From the NCBI RefSeq assembly GCF_009914755.1, contig NC_060929.1: a DNA stretch of 64,000 nt. One strand, 5' to 3'. Origin of the DNA: the human T2T-CHM13v2.0 reference genome, Homo sapiens. Position 1 is the stretch's first letter. Every line of letters starts with the position of its first letter. The notes below the pieces were generated by a model, which saw only the letters and a list, made by a program, of their open reading frames with translations, did not search any database and was not told the origin of the DNA. This document shows, piece by piece, positions 47,701 through 62,230 of this stretch. Both the position numbers and the translations under genes were made by a program.

Positions 47701-49615
47701 CATGTCCAGAATTCTTTACCAATCATAACAAAGTGCCAGTGTCACACAATTTGCATTTACATAAAACAATCAGATCGTTTTCAGCTTCTATCGGTTATAT
47801 TTCAGAATGGGAGTCTCTGATTACATTTCAGGAGATTTTCCTAGGTTTATCGGTGAGCTCTGCCAAAATTGTCTCAAAAACTACGTTTGTAATTTATAAT
47901 TCTCATGGGAAGCACACAGACAAGGAAAAGAGCCTGAAATAGAGAATATAGTTAGTTTATGTTGAATCTATGCATTCTATTTCAGAAAGTAATGTTTTCC
48001 CTGCCTTAGAATCTGAAGGTTCATTCATTTATCCAATAAATAATTATTGAGTGACTTTTATATGCCCAACATTGCCCAAGGCCCTGAAGATTAGGCAGTG
48101 AACCAGGCATGGCCAAAAGTCTTCTATTGCACAACTAACTACAAATCATTCCCCAAGCTACCCTCTCCACCCTCACCCACCAGCACAGACAATCAGTCCA
48201 TTTATCTCATCGTTCACTCTGGATCTTTCAATGAAGTGGAAGAGAAGAAAGACTGCTTCTGAAGAAAGTAAAGAATTTTGAATTTTTTGAGATATATGGA
48301 ATATAGAAAAATATAGATTTCACCAGCAATTGGGGTTGGAAATAATAGGCTAGTAGATTTAAAAAAAAAAATCCTTAAATATTAAAATGACAACAAACAT
48401 ATCCTGGAACAGTGGTTCTTAACTGGGGGTTACTGTTTGGGATATATCATAATCACCCGGACTGTTCTCTTCCCCCTGCCCCAAATGCAGCCCCATTTGG
48501 TCACATACAGACTCCACTTCAGAGTGTATTGCCCTACACAATGATGTATTTTGGGTGATAAGTTCTGCACTTATTAAACAAATGATCAGAACTTCTATTC
48601 TCCACTATTATGCTGAGAATAAATCATGAAGCTGTTGATTCTTAATCACATATCTACTTTGCTTTATCACTTTTTGCAATTCTAGATTGTGTGGCCATTA
48701 TCCTGTGGGGAGAGATGAAAATATGTTTCATACATGATGCAGTCAGTCAAAGAATCTTTTTTATAAACCTCTTTGTCATATTTATAGAGGCGAATGCTCA
48801 AGAAGTAAATGTTTTTCCAGTTACATGAACAAAACAGTTAATTCATTTCACTTTCTTTTCAAGGTGAAATTAGTGAATCATCATCTCTTTTCCACCAGGA
48901 ATTTACCTTGGTTATTGTTTTCACCTTTATTTGTGGCTTCTTAATAGGGTCATCTGTTACTATAAATTTGAATATATCAAAAAGTTGGTTAAAATAAAAG
49001 AAGAAAATATTCAGACTAATTTGACTGATCTTTCATTAAACTCTAGTGAGGGAAGAATTGCTCATTACTTTTTGGTTGGTGTTGTTATTTACTGAATACA
49101 TTGGCCCTCTAAGTTGGCAGCACTAATTAGATATAATAAAACAGGTGTTTTCTATTAACTAAACAACAAGTAATTAAAATTTTTGTATGGTAGATTAAAA
49201 GTGTGACATCATGTTAAGAAGATTAAAAAACTCAAATAAAATTGAAATAAACCAGTGGAACTGTGGCTCATTTTTTATAGAAATTTTATAGTTTGCTCTA
49301 TTTTATCTATTGGTCATCTGCAAAATTAATAAGATTAGTCTCTATATTAACTAAAATAATAGGTCTTATTCTCTGTAAGATGCATTTTAATATGCATAAA
49401 ATCTCAAAATTTTTAGTGATATTTGACAATTTAAAATATATTAACTACCAAGTTTAAAAGAAATTCAAGCTATTGAGATACTGAATATGCTTATCAAAAT
49501 ACCCATGCTGATTAGCTCTGCCTTCCACATATTCTGCTATTCTTCTAGGGAGTGGCCCAATCACTTTCATATCACCACCAATTCTCTGCATAAGTCCTAT
49601 TAGGAATCTAAAATT

Positions 49616-51068
<1,453 letters not shown>

Positions 51069-51689
51069 CCTAAAATTATTATTTTTAAAATCACAACTTT
51101 CTTTTCCATTTCCTCCAGTTCCTTGAGGAATTTGTTCATCGTCTACTGGGCCTGTTATGTCATTTTCAGTTTTGCCTCTGCTCTCTGCCTGGAATGTTCC
51201 ATAATTGCTTTTCAGGTAAGATACTTCTGGGTGGGAGAGCACTGAGCCATTTTCTTTGTGACTCTAAAATTCATAAAACTTCATCAGTCTTTAAAAGAGT
51301 AATGGATTCTGCCTGAGAGTGCTCCTTAACTCAGTAACTTCAACTGAAGGCTACATTTATTTTCTTCTATATAGGTTTTGTTTGTCAAAGTATATTTGTT
51401 CAGACAATTGAACATCTTTTTATTTACTCTAATTAAGTATATTGTTATTTATTCAATTTCCAAGAATTTAAAAAATATTTTAGTGATTAAGGATTCCTAT
51501 TGAAAATAGTTAAATAATATTTTAGATAAATGTGGACACAGGCACAATTTATTTTCTAAGATCTTTAGGAAGCAAGGACTAATAGCTGGATACTAGCAAA
51601 TATGATTCCTGTCACTGATGCTTTCAGAGCAAAAGTCACACCTACTTTTGCTTTATAACATACTGTACTTAGATTCGATCTTGCTATTA

Positions 51690-52700
51690 GAATAGGCAGG
51701 TCAATGGTCCTGCTGCAACAGCCAGAAAAAGCTGGATACATTATAAATATAACATTTTGAAAGTAATTGAATGATGTGGCAGCAGCAAAGACTAAATGAA
51801 TTAAAATTCCAGAGAGAGGAGAACATTTTTGAGGAAAGCTGATTATCAAGTGTTTCCCAGAAGGTTTTGCCTATTGTGTCGTTAGGCTGATGATCAAATA
51901 TGGCCCAGCCAGAGAACCTCTGCTGTGGGGATAGAAAAACCAGCAAAGCTTTTAGTGCTGGGCTAGGGTGAAGCAATGGAAGCTCTAGGGCACTTCCAGT
52001 TTTCTCCATGGGACATTTGCTGAATCCTGAGGTTGCAAGAAAAGATGGGAGGCCAGGACACAAACTTCTGAAAAGCGGAATGCAACTCCCAAAGTCAGTC
52101 GTGCTTAGAAAATATACGGTCAGTCTTCCCTTCAAGACATTTAACAAATATTTAAAGCCATGTGGGGCAGGAGCTAAGCAAAATAATCTCTGAAGGGCAT
52201 GAACAAAGCTTCTATAGCCTTTCAGGACTGAGAAGACAAAGACCTGTCAGACTTTCATGCAGAAGTTCAGGAGGGCCATGCCCTAAGAACAGGGTGGATT
52301 GGAAGTTGGCTGAGTCTTAATCAAACTACAGCCCAGCTGGGATCACACTCAGTCTCTGATAGAATTGAGGAGTTAATCCTTTCTCCTCCTCACCTTAAAT
52401 GACTCTCAGAAGAAAGAGAGGATCTTTTCAGGTGGAAGATAAGATTATCTAGGGCCTCCGATATTTGTTTAAACACAACATGCAGAGAGAAACTAAAACT
52501 ACCGGATATTCCTAGAAGTAAAACCATATGGCCATTAATAAAGAGGAAGCAAAAGACAGTAAAAGCAGACAGACAGATGATCTAGCTATTGGAGTTAGCA
52601 AACTGGGACTTTTTAAAACTGCTTAATATGTTCAAGGAAAAAGAAGAAAAGATAGATATAAGAAGGTAAAAGTTAGACAACTTCTCCAGAGTTCATCTCT
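51690..52700 (+). mobile_element. Ancient L1M/HAL1-type 5' region and ORF1 start (degenerate)
   Basis: gaaaaagctggataca...; cagatgatctagctattggagttagca...aatatgttcaaggaaaaagaagaaaag resemble old L1 5' ends. Confidence 0.45.
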
Positions 52701-53667
52701 GTTGGCTTGAGTCTTTAAATCTTCTGTTTTCTGGTATAGCCCTATTGGGTTTTGATACTATGCTAGGATTCACCTTCCATTTTAATCTCTTTCCATGGGC
52801 TTGGGCATGTGTGAGTTCAAGGCTTTGTTAAACTAGAAATGTGATTCCTGATTGTGTCACATTTTGTGACATGAGTATGCGATTAATCCTGTGTACAATT
52901 GTGTGACAGATTTTTTTCCTCTTAAAACAAAAGATTTTAAGCACTAAGGTTACTGAGGTTGATAGTTAAGTCAGTGACATGTGGAGGAGGTGATGGGGGG
53001 GCTCCGGCCCAGAGGAGCATTTCATCACTGACATTTTTTCGATTTGTCAGTGTGCCATGAAAATAAAAACTTGACAGCATTTCAGTGGGTTTACCATTGT
53101 TTTTACATGCTCTTCAGGCAATGCACACCTTTACTGCCCACACCCATGTTGGATATGGCCATCACCTCCTCCTGCCCCTTGATCAGCCTCCACATAGTCT
53201 CTTGAAATTGTTCATTTAGTCTTATAATTAGAAAAGTCTCCCAAGTCTCCAATTGTTTCCACAAATAACTGGATTCCTTTAAAAAGATGCAACTTACAAG
53301 ATTAGAAAACCTCTACAAAGCAATCAATAAAATCTTCAATGTGTCAAGTTGTTAGGCAGGCTGGGGAAAGAAAGGGAGCCACCACTGATCTCTTTTTTCG
53401 TGTGGAGAAAGTTGAAGGGGAAAGTTCATTCATAGGAGGTGACATATTGTCAACTGAAGTTAGATCCTAAGTAGTTATAGTGCCCAGTTGATATACGTTT
53501 AAAGGACATCTTTTAACAAAGATGATATGTCTCCAGGACATTCTTGAGCAAAGCACAATTATCAAAAAACCAATTATCCAGCAACCTCTCATATTTAGAA
53601 AATAACCCAAAATATTAAAAATCTATGAGTAACTGAAATGAGAATCAGAAAATCTGTATATAAAGCT

Positions 53668-53995
53668 GTGTCGGTCTTTAAGACTATTCACAAATCTTCT
53701 AGCCCTCTTACTTCCTAGAATGTGGTAGAACTGCAACACCCACCCTCTTTGAATTTGAGCGCAATCATGTGACTTGCTTTAGCCAGTGAATTGTGAGAGT
53801 TCTATGAAAATATCAAGAAAAGATATGTGAAGATCGGGCTTTCATAAGTCTTGAGACTTCAATGGCTACCATAAATGGAGTACTTCTGCTCCTGTTCATT
53901 GGACATATAGCACGAGTAAGAAATACCTTTGTGGTCTTAAGTCTTTGAAGATTGAGAGATATTAATTACTGCAGCATAACCTATCTTACACTGAC
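53668..53995 (+). mobile_element. Old MaLR LTR (MLT1I/J-like)
   Basis: catgtgacttgctttagccagtgaa...gagtaagaaatacctttgtggtcttaag...gcagcataacctatc. Confidence 0.65.
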
Positions 53996-54663
53996 TGCCT
54001 AAATAGTCTTCACAAAAGTGGGCATAAATGGTCACAGCCAGAGAAGAAATGTGAACTATAACTTCTTCCCATCAAAGAGAAGACTTTTAGGTTGCATTCA
54101 TCCAGAAAGCTGTTCTCCCACCAAAAACCAAAACTTTCAAGGTGCTCATGGAAACAGAGAATATCCAGTGCCACACAAGTTGAATGGTACCATTCCCGGG
54201 ATAATGTCATTTTGCAGTTCGAAGAAAGTACATTATAAGGTAGCAGACCTTAAATTTTGGCATGCAGCAAATCTGGACATTTTCTAGATCTTGGAAATGC
54301 AGATAACAAAGACTACAAAATTATAATAATTCTTACCTTCAAACAATTGCAGGTTCAGCATTCCTGGTGGAAGCAATCTGGGCCTGGTTAAAGGAAGTGG
54401 CTGTTCCAAAAGTAGAAGGGCAGACAAAGCCAAATCTGGGTGAGAGATGAAGAAGGAACTCCAGAGCAAGCCACAAATGACTTTAGCTTCAAATAGAATC
54501 AAAAGCCAATTAAAGAATCATGCTACATTTATAAAGTATATAGGTTCCATGATTCAGTTGATTGTGTATTTTTCTCATTCCATAGTGTAGATTCAGACAT
54601 TTACAATTCTTTTACTGTGTTTATAAAATCTCAGAAGTTTTTTTCTAATCCCAAGTAATATTA

Positions 54664-55592
54664 TTGTTTAGTGTTGCTACCTTCAACAGTTCTCTTAGGT
54701 AGATCTAGACAATTTGCTGCAGCTTCTATATCAACACTTGCTGCTTCACCTTGCACTTTTATGTTATAGAGATGGGTTCTTTCCTTTAACCTCATGAACA
54801 AAACTCTGCTACCTTCAAACTTTTCTTTTGCAGCTTCCTGATTGAAGCCTTCACAAATTAAAGAGAGTTAGAGCTTTGCTCTAGATTAGGCTTGGGCTTA
54901 AGGAAATACCGGGGTTGGTTTAATCCTCTATGTACTAAAACTTTCTCCATATCAGCAATGAGTCTGTCTTGCTTTTTTCTGAGTCACGTGTCCACTGGAG
55001 TAGCATTTTTAATCTCCTTCAAACATTTTTCCTTTGCTTTCACAACTTGGCTGTTTGGCACAAAAGATCTAGCTTTCAACCTAACTTGGCTTCAACATGA
55101 CTTTCTCACTAAACTTAATCATTTCTAGTTGTTGATTTGTGACCCTTCCTTTCATTTGAACACTGAGAGGCCATTGTAACATTATTATTTAGCTTAATAT
55201 CAATACTGTTGTGTATCAGGGAATAGGGAGGCTGGAGAAGAGGGAGAGAGACAGGGGAATGGCTGATCAGTGGAGCTGTCAGAACACATACAACATATAT
55301 CAATTAAATTCTCCATCATATATGGGCACAGTTTGTGGCACCCCAAAACATGATAGTAACATCCAAGATCATTGATCACAGACCACCATAAAACATATTA
55401 TAATAATGAAAACATTTGAAATATTGATAGGATTACAGAAATGTGACACAAAGACACAACATGAGCACATGCTATTGGAAAAATAAGGCTGATAGACTTG
55501 CTTGATTCAGGGTTGCCACAAACCCTCAATTTGTAAAAATACAGTATCTGTGAAGCACAGTAAAGTGAAGCACAATAAAATGAATATGCCTG
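54664..55592 (-). mobile_element. Tigger1 5' part (TIR plus transposase N-terminal region), inverted
   Basis: Minus strand reads TA-caggcatattcattttattgtgcttc (TIR), the MASQCSNERK start, and ends ...gcaacactaaacaa. Confidence 0.92.
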
Positions 55593-56885
55593 TATTTAAG
55601 GAACAAGAAAACTGAGCTAACCTTGAAACCAACCTGCCTCGTTTTCCGGTCTTAGGTCACCTACCTCTTATGTCCTTCCTCTCATAACAAAACACAATTT
55701 GACTCTGATGATAAAGAACCAAATTATGCCATGCTGAAAAAGACCATGTGGCTATAATCACATTGCAATAACTCAATTGGGAAGAGGAGGGAAAAGCATA
55801 TAATAGAGGGTATCATAGCTAACAAGCAAATTGCAAATGTGTTTGAAGATGATAAGCTGAGTCCATGATTTTCAAACAAGAACACCAAACATGAGCTGTT
55901 CAATGTGTTGCTATCATTGAAACATAGAAAAAAATGAAGAAAATTCCTGAACTTTTACTTTTACCTATATTATTAACCACAGTAAACTACTCAGCTCACC
56001 AAACTTGAATTCAGGCATCCCAATTGTCCCAAGGGTTTGGTTTAGAATAAAATGTGTTGCTAAAAGTATAGAAACACTCCAGACTGTTGGTATTTTCCCC
56101 TTTAAGCATCACAACTATTATTGTTATTACTATTTTGGGGTAAACTGTTTCCAAAATGTGCAATCCAAAGAGGATATAAAATAGAATCTCATGTTTTCTT
56201 GATGAAATTCTGCCATAGTTGTGAACATATATGACTCTTCAGTGCTGGCAGACAGTAACATCGTGATGAGCTATTGAGGTATAGAAGGCCACTTACCCCT
56301 ATCTGAAATGTGCCAGACTAGAGTGTTTTAAAGTTTTTAGGTCTGCTTTTTAGATTTCTTCTTCTTCTCCCATGCTATCATGCCATGCCATATTCTTCTT
56401 GCTATTGTCAGTATCTGCATCTAGTGACCCAAATCTCTACCTCACCCCCAAGCTACTTACCACTACTTCTTGAAAAGCTTTGGTTCATAAATAACAGCCA
56501 ACATGGCCAGATAAGAATAACATTTATAAAGACAACATCCTAAGAATGCAGTTCCTAACCTTTGGAAATTATAGAAACATGGAAGAATCTAAAATAAAGT
56601 TGTAAACACTCTTCCCATATTCATGTCTGCATATAATTTGGTGGCAGGGTTTGTGAAATTCATTTGTAGATGTTGGAGCACACAAATAATGATCTAGAAG
56701 TATGAGAATTATTCTAAGTGCTTTCCTAAGTGCTTTTCTGACCAAAGGAGTACTCCTACTTACTGCATCCTTTGGGCACCAAAATATTTCCTCTCTCTAA
56801 TGATTGGTTTGAACATTCTAATGCAGCTGCTTGTAATGGGAGCAATCAATAAATATTTGTTAAATATTCATCAATAATATTGATG

Positions 56886-58370
56886 GATTTTCAATGTAGA
56901 GAAAACAGCCTTATATTGGAAGAAATTATCTTCAACTTTCCTAGCTGGGGAAAAGTCAATGCCTAGCTTCAAAGCTGCAAAGGAGAGGCTGACTTTCTTG
57001 CCGGGAACTACAATGCCTACCTTCAAAGCTGCAAAGGAGAGACTGGCTCTCTTACCAGGAACTAACACAGCTGGTGACTTTCAGTCAATGCTTATTTACC
57101 ATTCCCAAAATCCTAGGGCCCTTCAGAATTATGCAAGATCTTCTCTGCCTGTGGTCTATAAATGGAAACACAAAGTCTGGATGAAAGCACATCTGTTTGC
57201 AGTATGGCTTACGGAATATTTTTAGCACACTGTTGAGACCTGCTTCTTAGAAAAAAGATTACTTTCAAAATATTACTGCTTATTGACAATGCACCTGGTC
57301 ACCCATGAGCTCTGATGGAGATGTACAAGGAGATTAATGTTGTTTTCATGCCTGCTAACACAACGTCCATTCTGCAGCCCATGGATCAAGGAGTAATTTT
57401 GAATTTCAAGTCTTATTATTTAAGAAGTACATTTTATAAGCATATAGCTGCCATAGATAGTGACTCCTTTGATGGATCTGAGCAAAGTAAGTTGAAAACC
57501 TTCTGGAAAAGAGTCATCATTCTAGATGCTATTAAGAACATTCATAATTCATGGAAAGAGGTCAAAATACCAACATTAACAGGAGCTTTTAAGAAATTGA
57601 TTTGAACGCTCATGAATGACTTTGAGGGATTGAAGACTTCAGTGAAGGAATAACTGTAGATGTGGCAGAAATAGCAAAAGAACTAGAATTAGAAGTGGAA
57701 TCTGGAGAAGCGACTGAATTGCTGCTATCTCATAATTAAACTTTAACAGATGTGGAGTTGCTTCTTATGGATGAGCAAAGAAAGTGATTTATTGAGATAG
57801 AATTTATTCCTGGTGAAGATGCCATGAACATTGTTGAAATGATAATGAATGATTTAGAATATTACATAAACTTAGTTGATAAAGCAGCAGCAGGGTTTGA
57901 GAGGATAGACTTCAATTTGAAAGACATTCTACTATGGGTCAAATGCAATCAAATAGCATCACATGCTACAGAAAAGTATTTAATGAAAGGAAGAGCCAGA
58001 TGATATGGCAAACTTCATTGTTGTCTTATTTTAAGAAATTGCCACAGCCACCCCAACCTTCAACAACCCCCACCCTGATTTGTCAACAGCTATTGCTGTC
58101 GAGACAAGACCCTCCACCAGCAAAAACATTATGACTCACTGAAGGCTCAGATGATCATTAACATTTTTTAGCAATAAAGTATTTTTAAATTAAGGTACGT
58201 ACATTGTTTTTCAGAAATAATGTTATTGCACATTATTAGACTGTAGTATAGTGTAAACATAACTTTTATATGCACTGGAAAACAAAAAAAATGTGTGGCT
58301 GGCTTCATTGCAATATTTACTTTATTGTGATGGTCTAGAACCAAACAGCAATGTCTCTGAGGTAGTTGCT
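56886..58370 (+). mobile_element. Tigger1 3' part (DDE transposase region and 3' TIR), decayed
   Basis: gattttcaatgtaga start; peptides [12 protein letters not shown] and [19 protein letters not shown]; end caatgtctctgaggta. Confidence 0.95.
56957..57064 (+). repeat. 54-bp tandem duplication inside Tigger1
   Basis: caatgccta...ggaacta twice (56957-57010 and 57011-57064). Confidence 0.92.
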
Positions 58371-59809
58371 ATCTCCAGTCTCCACTAAGAAGATATCTAA
58401 TACACAGAAATAATAAACAGAATGTGTAGATTCTATTCCTGAAATGTACTGTCTAGGGCAAGTCACAGCTTCTACATTGTGATTGAATCTTTTATAAAGT
58501 AGAATTATATAATTGCAATTCCCCTCCTGTCACCAGGGATGTGGTAAAGATAAATGAGGTGATTCATGCAGAATGTGCTGAGGCCCTTAAAAGGTGCTTT
58601 GTCAATTGGAAGTGATTTTTTTCTTGTTGTTGTTGGCATCTTCCATGCCCTCGCCCATTAGCAGTCATTACTGTGCTCTGATGGACTGACACAGCAGCAA
58701 AGCCGAGACAGCCAGTGAGGTTTAGAAAAGAAGCCAAGAAGCGGCAGGATTAGATGGACCTATGCAGCATGTAGAAATCAGAAACTGGGAGCTTCTTCCT
58801 CGGGACCTCAGCCAATTGTGAGCCAGCCTTAAAAGGCAATGTTAAAGCCATAATTTAGCATTGCCTTCCCTTCACCTGTCCCTTCACCACTCCCATCCGT
58901 AGTGTCTCGGGAAGTGTCTTTACCTTTCTCATTCTTTACCTTTCAGGACAAGGGACAGCAATGAGAAGCCATGGGTGAATTCAGAGAGAAGGAGATTTAA
59001 AGAGTTTAAGGCCACATCCACATGTAGAGTGGGCACAGTGTTAGCTAGCATTCATTAGCCCACCCCTGGGGGTCAGCAGTGTCCTGTGCTAGGATGTGAA
59101 GTGAAGAGACATGGATTATATGGATGATGATCATGAACCACTTCCCCTGCCATTCTGCGAGAGCAGTCATTTTGTATCTGATGGACTCATGCATTAGGAT
59201 GTGGGAATAGGAACAACAGGATGGAATGAGAAGTCTGGAAAGTCAGTCAATGCAGAGGGCAATGCAGAAGACTTCCAGCAGACTCATCAAATCAGGGAGA
59301 GGGCTGGGCCCTTAGAGGACCTGCGTGAGAACCCCAGGGAAACCAGAGCTCGAGGAACTCTAGTGCAGGCAATTCTCTTCAGATGGTGCTATTGTGTTTA
59401 CTCCCAGAGAAGAAGCAGTGCTTTCCAGTAATCCCTCAATGCCTTTGAGGTTAGGAGAGGTTAAAAATATAATTGATTAGTTAAAACACCCGGGTTTTGG
59501 TACAGTAAACTCATGAAGATGGATTTGTACATTTGGGGGCTTGGAGAAGAAAAATGAAGTCTCTGATTCTTGCATACCTAGAGAAAGCAGAAGTGGGAGA
59601 CTTTACCAGAAAACCATAGTAACAGACTTGTACTTCAAAACAAATTTGCAAACAATTTCTGATAAATCTCTGCCAAAGTAGCATTGAGCATTTCTGTTCA
59701 AACAATGGGAATGTGTCAGTGACTGGGTACTGCATCATTCATTGCAATTGTGCATAGCAGAATTTTGCATATATGTGACCTACAGGGTGGAGATTTCAGT
59801 CATCACACA

Positions 59810-59995
59810 GTGGGCACCTACTACACATATGGTATCTTGTTATCTCTCATTCCAACTCTATGAAGTATTGATTACTATCCATTAACGGATGAGGAAATCA
59901 AAGCTCAAACAATTTAAATGACATACTTAACATCCTATGTGAAAATGTAGAAGAGCCAGTCTAGAAACCAAGATCTCCCATCTTGAAGTTGGCAT
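59810..59995 (-). mobile_element. MIR
   Basis: gatgaggaaatcaaagctca core...tagaaaccaagatctc. Confidence 0.6.
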
Positions 59996-60622
59996 GCTAC
60001 ACAGGAGCCACTTCCATTCAGTACTCTTTAAAAGATGCAATATACTGTCATGTTTGACAGACATAGAGGGAATAACAAAAAGCAGTATTAAAAATTCATG
60101 CATGTCAGAATTTCAAATTTTGGATTTACGGTATTCAGGGCATTTCCTCCTACCACGGGAAAAAAAAAAGAAAAGAAGAGAGATAAAGGACAAGCTAGTA
60201 TTGGGATCCTACCTCCCCATCTACTTAACAGATCATTAAGTAAATTCAACTGAAAATGTGAAAGATTTTCAATTTTAGTTGTTCTTGGAAACAACCTAAG
60301 TTGCTTCACATTTGGGCCCTCCTACTCTCCCCCATGTGTTGACTGTAGTGCCACAATTATCTTTCCAGAGGTCCTCTTAGTTCACATGAGGTATATATGT
60401 AGCAAGGGAGTGGGGAAGAAAATACAGCTGCATCTATGAAATACTCCATTGTCAGTAAGGGGGGTCACTGGGATTAAATATGAGAAGGCTATAAAAGTTA
60501 GAATGATGATCTAGCACTACTATTTATTATTTTATAGTCGTATTTCTCATAAAACTAAATGAAAAATGTAAAGCTTTTTCCTTTTTTAGGTGAGAAAATA
60601 GAATTTCAAAACTGACAACCTT

Positions 60623-60936
60623 GGCTAAGCAAGGCAGCTCATGGCTGTGATCCCAGCACTTTGAGAGGCCAAAGTGGGAGGATTGCTTGAGCCCAGGAGT
60701 TGGAGACCAGCCTGGGCAACATGGTGAAACCCCATCTCTACCAACAACAACAACAACAAAAATGCAAAAATTAGTGAGGCATGGTGGTCCGTGCCTATAG
60801 TCCCAGCTACTCAGTAGGCTGAAGCTATCACTTGAGCCCAAGAGGCAGAGTTCCAATGAGCTGAGATGGCACCACTGCACTCCAGCCTGGGCAACAGAGT
60901 GAGACCCTGTCTCAAAAATAAAACAAAACAAAAAAA
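60623..60936 (+). mobile_element. AluJ with (CAA)n in the middle linker
   Basis: gaggattgcttgagcccaggag and gtgagaccctgtctc diagnostics. Confidence 0.92.
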
Positions 60937-61092
60937 CCTGATAATCCTGACTTGCAAATTCATATAGAAACTAAGTTTCCAGTTAAAAGCTCCTTCCAAA
61001 ATGGCAGCAAGTTTTCAGCAAAGGGAGAGAAAGTGTAATTTCAAGCATGAAATCAACATACATTTATTGAGGACTAAACTTATGTTAGATGC

Positions 61093-61506
61093 TGTAGTGG
61101 ATTGAATGGTGATCCCCAAAAGATACGTCCATGTTTTAACCCCTGAAACCTGTGAATGTGATTTTATTTGCAAAATGGAATTTTACAGATATAATTCATT
61201 ATTTTGAGGTGAGATCATCCTGGATTACAAAAGTAGGCCCTAAACATAATAACTAGTTACCTTACAAGAGACAGACAGGAAAAGGCAGAGGTATAAAGGA
61301 GAAGGCCATGAGAAGACACAGAGATTGGAGTTACAGAGCTACAAGCCAAGGAAGCTAGAATGGTAAAGAAAAATTCTTTCCTAAAGCCTTCTGATGGAGC
61401 ACAGCCCGGCCAGCACCTTGATTTCAGACTTCTAGGCTCCAGGACTGTTGTTTTAAGTCACCCAGTTTGTGGTAGTTTATTATAGCAGCCCTGGGAAACT
61501 AACATA
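61093..61506 (+). mobile_element. MaLR LTR (MLT1C/D)
   Basis: tgtagtggattgaatggtgatccccaaaagata...tttgtggtagtttattatagcagccctgggaaactaac. Confidence 0.85.
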
Positions 61507-61787
61507 CGTGCTAGGAAAAGAGAGATCCACAAATTCTGATTTTTAGCCTTGATGCCGAGGATCACAGTCTAGTTGGAGAGCTTGTGAACAAGTATATGGA
61601 AAGTGCTTATTCCTGTTTCTGGAAGTCACTGTAGGTTAGCAGAGCTAGCAGGAAGCCAATGTAAATATGAAGTGGGAAAGAGTGAAGACTAATAGGACCT
61701 ACAAAAGCAAACTGAAATCTATACTCAGTTCTCGCTGACCTGAGTTTCAACAATGAGTGTGGTGGATCCACAGAAGTTGACACCTTT

Positions 61788-61945
61788 GGGAATTGCCAGA
61801 CAAGCACACCTAATTTAATTTCAATTTAAGATAAACAACAACTAATTTTAGTATAATTATGTCCCAAATATTGCCTAGACACACACTAAAAAATTATTTG
61901 TTTATCTTAAATTCTATTTTCTTGGGCATCCTGTGCTTTTATTTG
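61788..61945. mobile_element. MER53 palindromic MITE
   Basis: ttgccagacaa...agataaacaac...tatgtcccaaatattgc...tttgtttatct...gggcatcctgtgcttttatt. Confidence 0.8.
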
Positions 61946-61999
61946 AAAAATGTGTCTTCTTTACCTTTTCCACATAGTGGCTTGGGACTCAGAGATGCT

Positions 62000-62230
62000 A
62001 TAGAAGATCAGTCAGCAGAGACTGCCCCTACCCCAAGACAATCAGTGGTCAGCAAATCAGCAGCAGCACCTGGTGCCCTACATAGACCTTCCGGTTCCAA
62101 TGACAGCTGCTTCACTTCTGCCTTCCTCCTTCCAAATCTCCCACTAATTTATCTTGTGGCTGACCCTTACCCAGAACCACAGAGAAGGGGAAATTATAAA
62201 AAAGCTTAGCTAAGTTGATGCAATAAAATA
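62000..62230. mobile_element. Old LTR relic (MaLR/ERVL-like)
   Basis: ttccaaatctccc...cttacccagaacc...gcttagctaagttga terminal motifs. Confidence 0.35.

Noticed and set aside
51701-52147. 148-aa minus-strand ORF
   Set aside because: Antisense to a probable ancient L1 relic, with no recognisable product.
56959-58134. Possible domesticated TIGD-like transposase gene
   Set aside because: Multiple stops and frameshifts, and the N-terminal half is inverted away.
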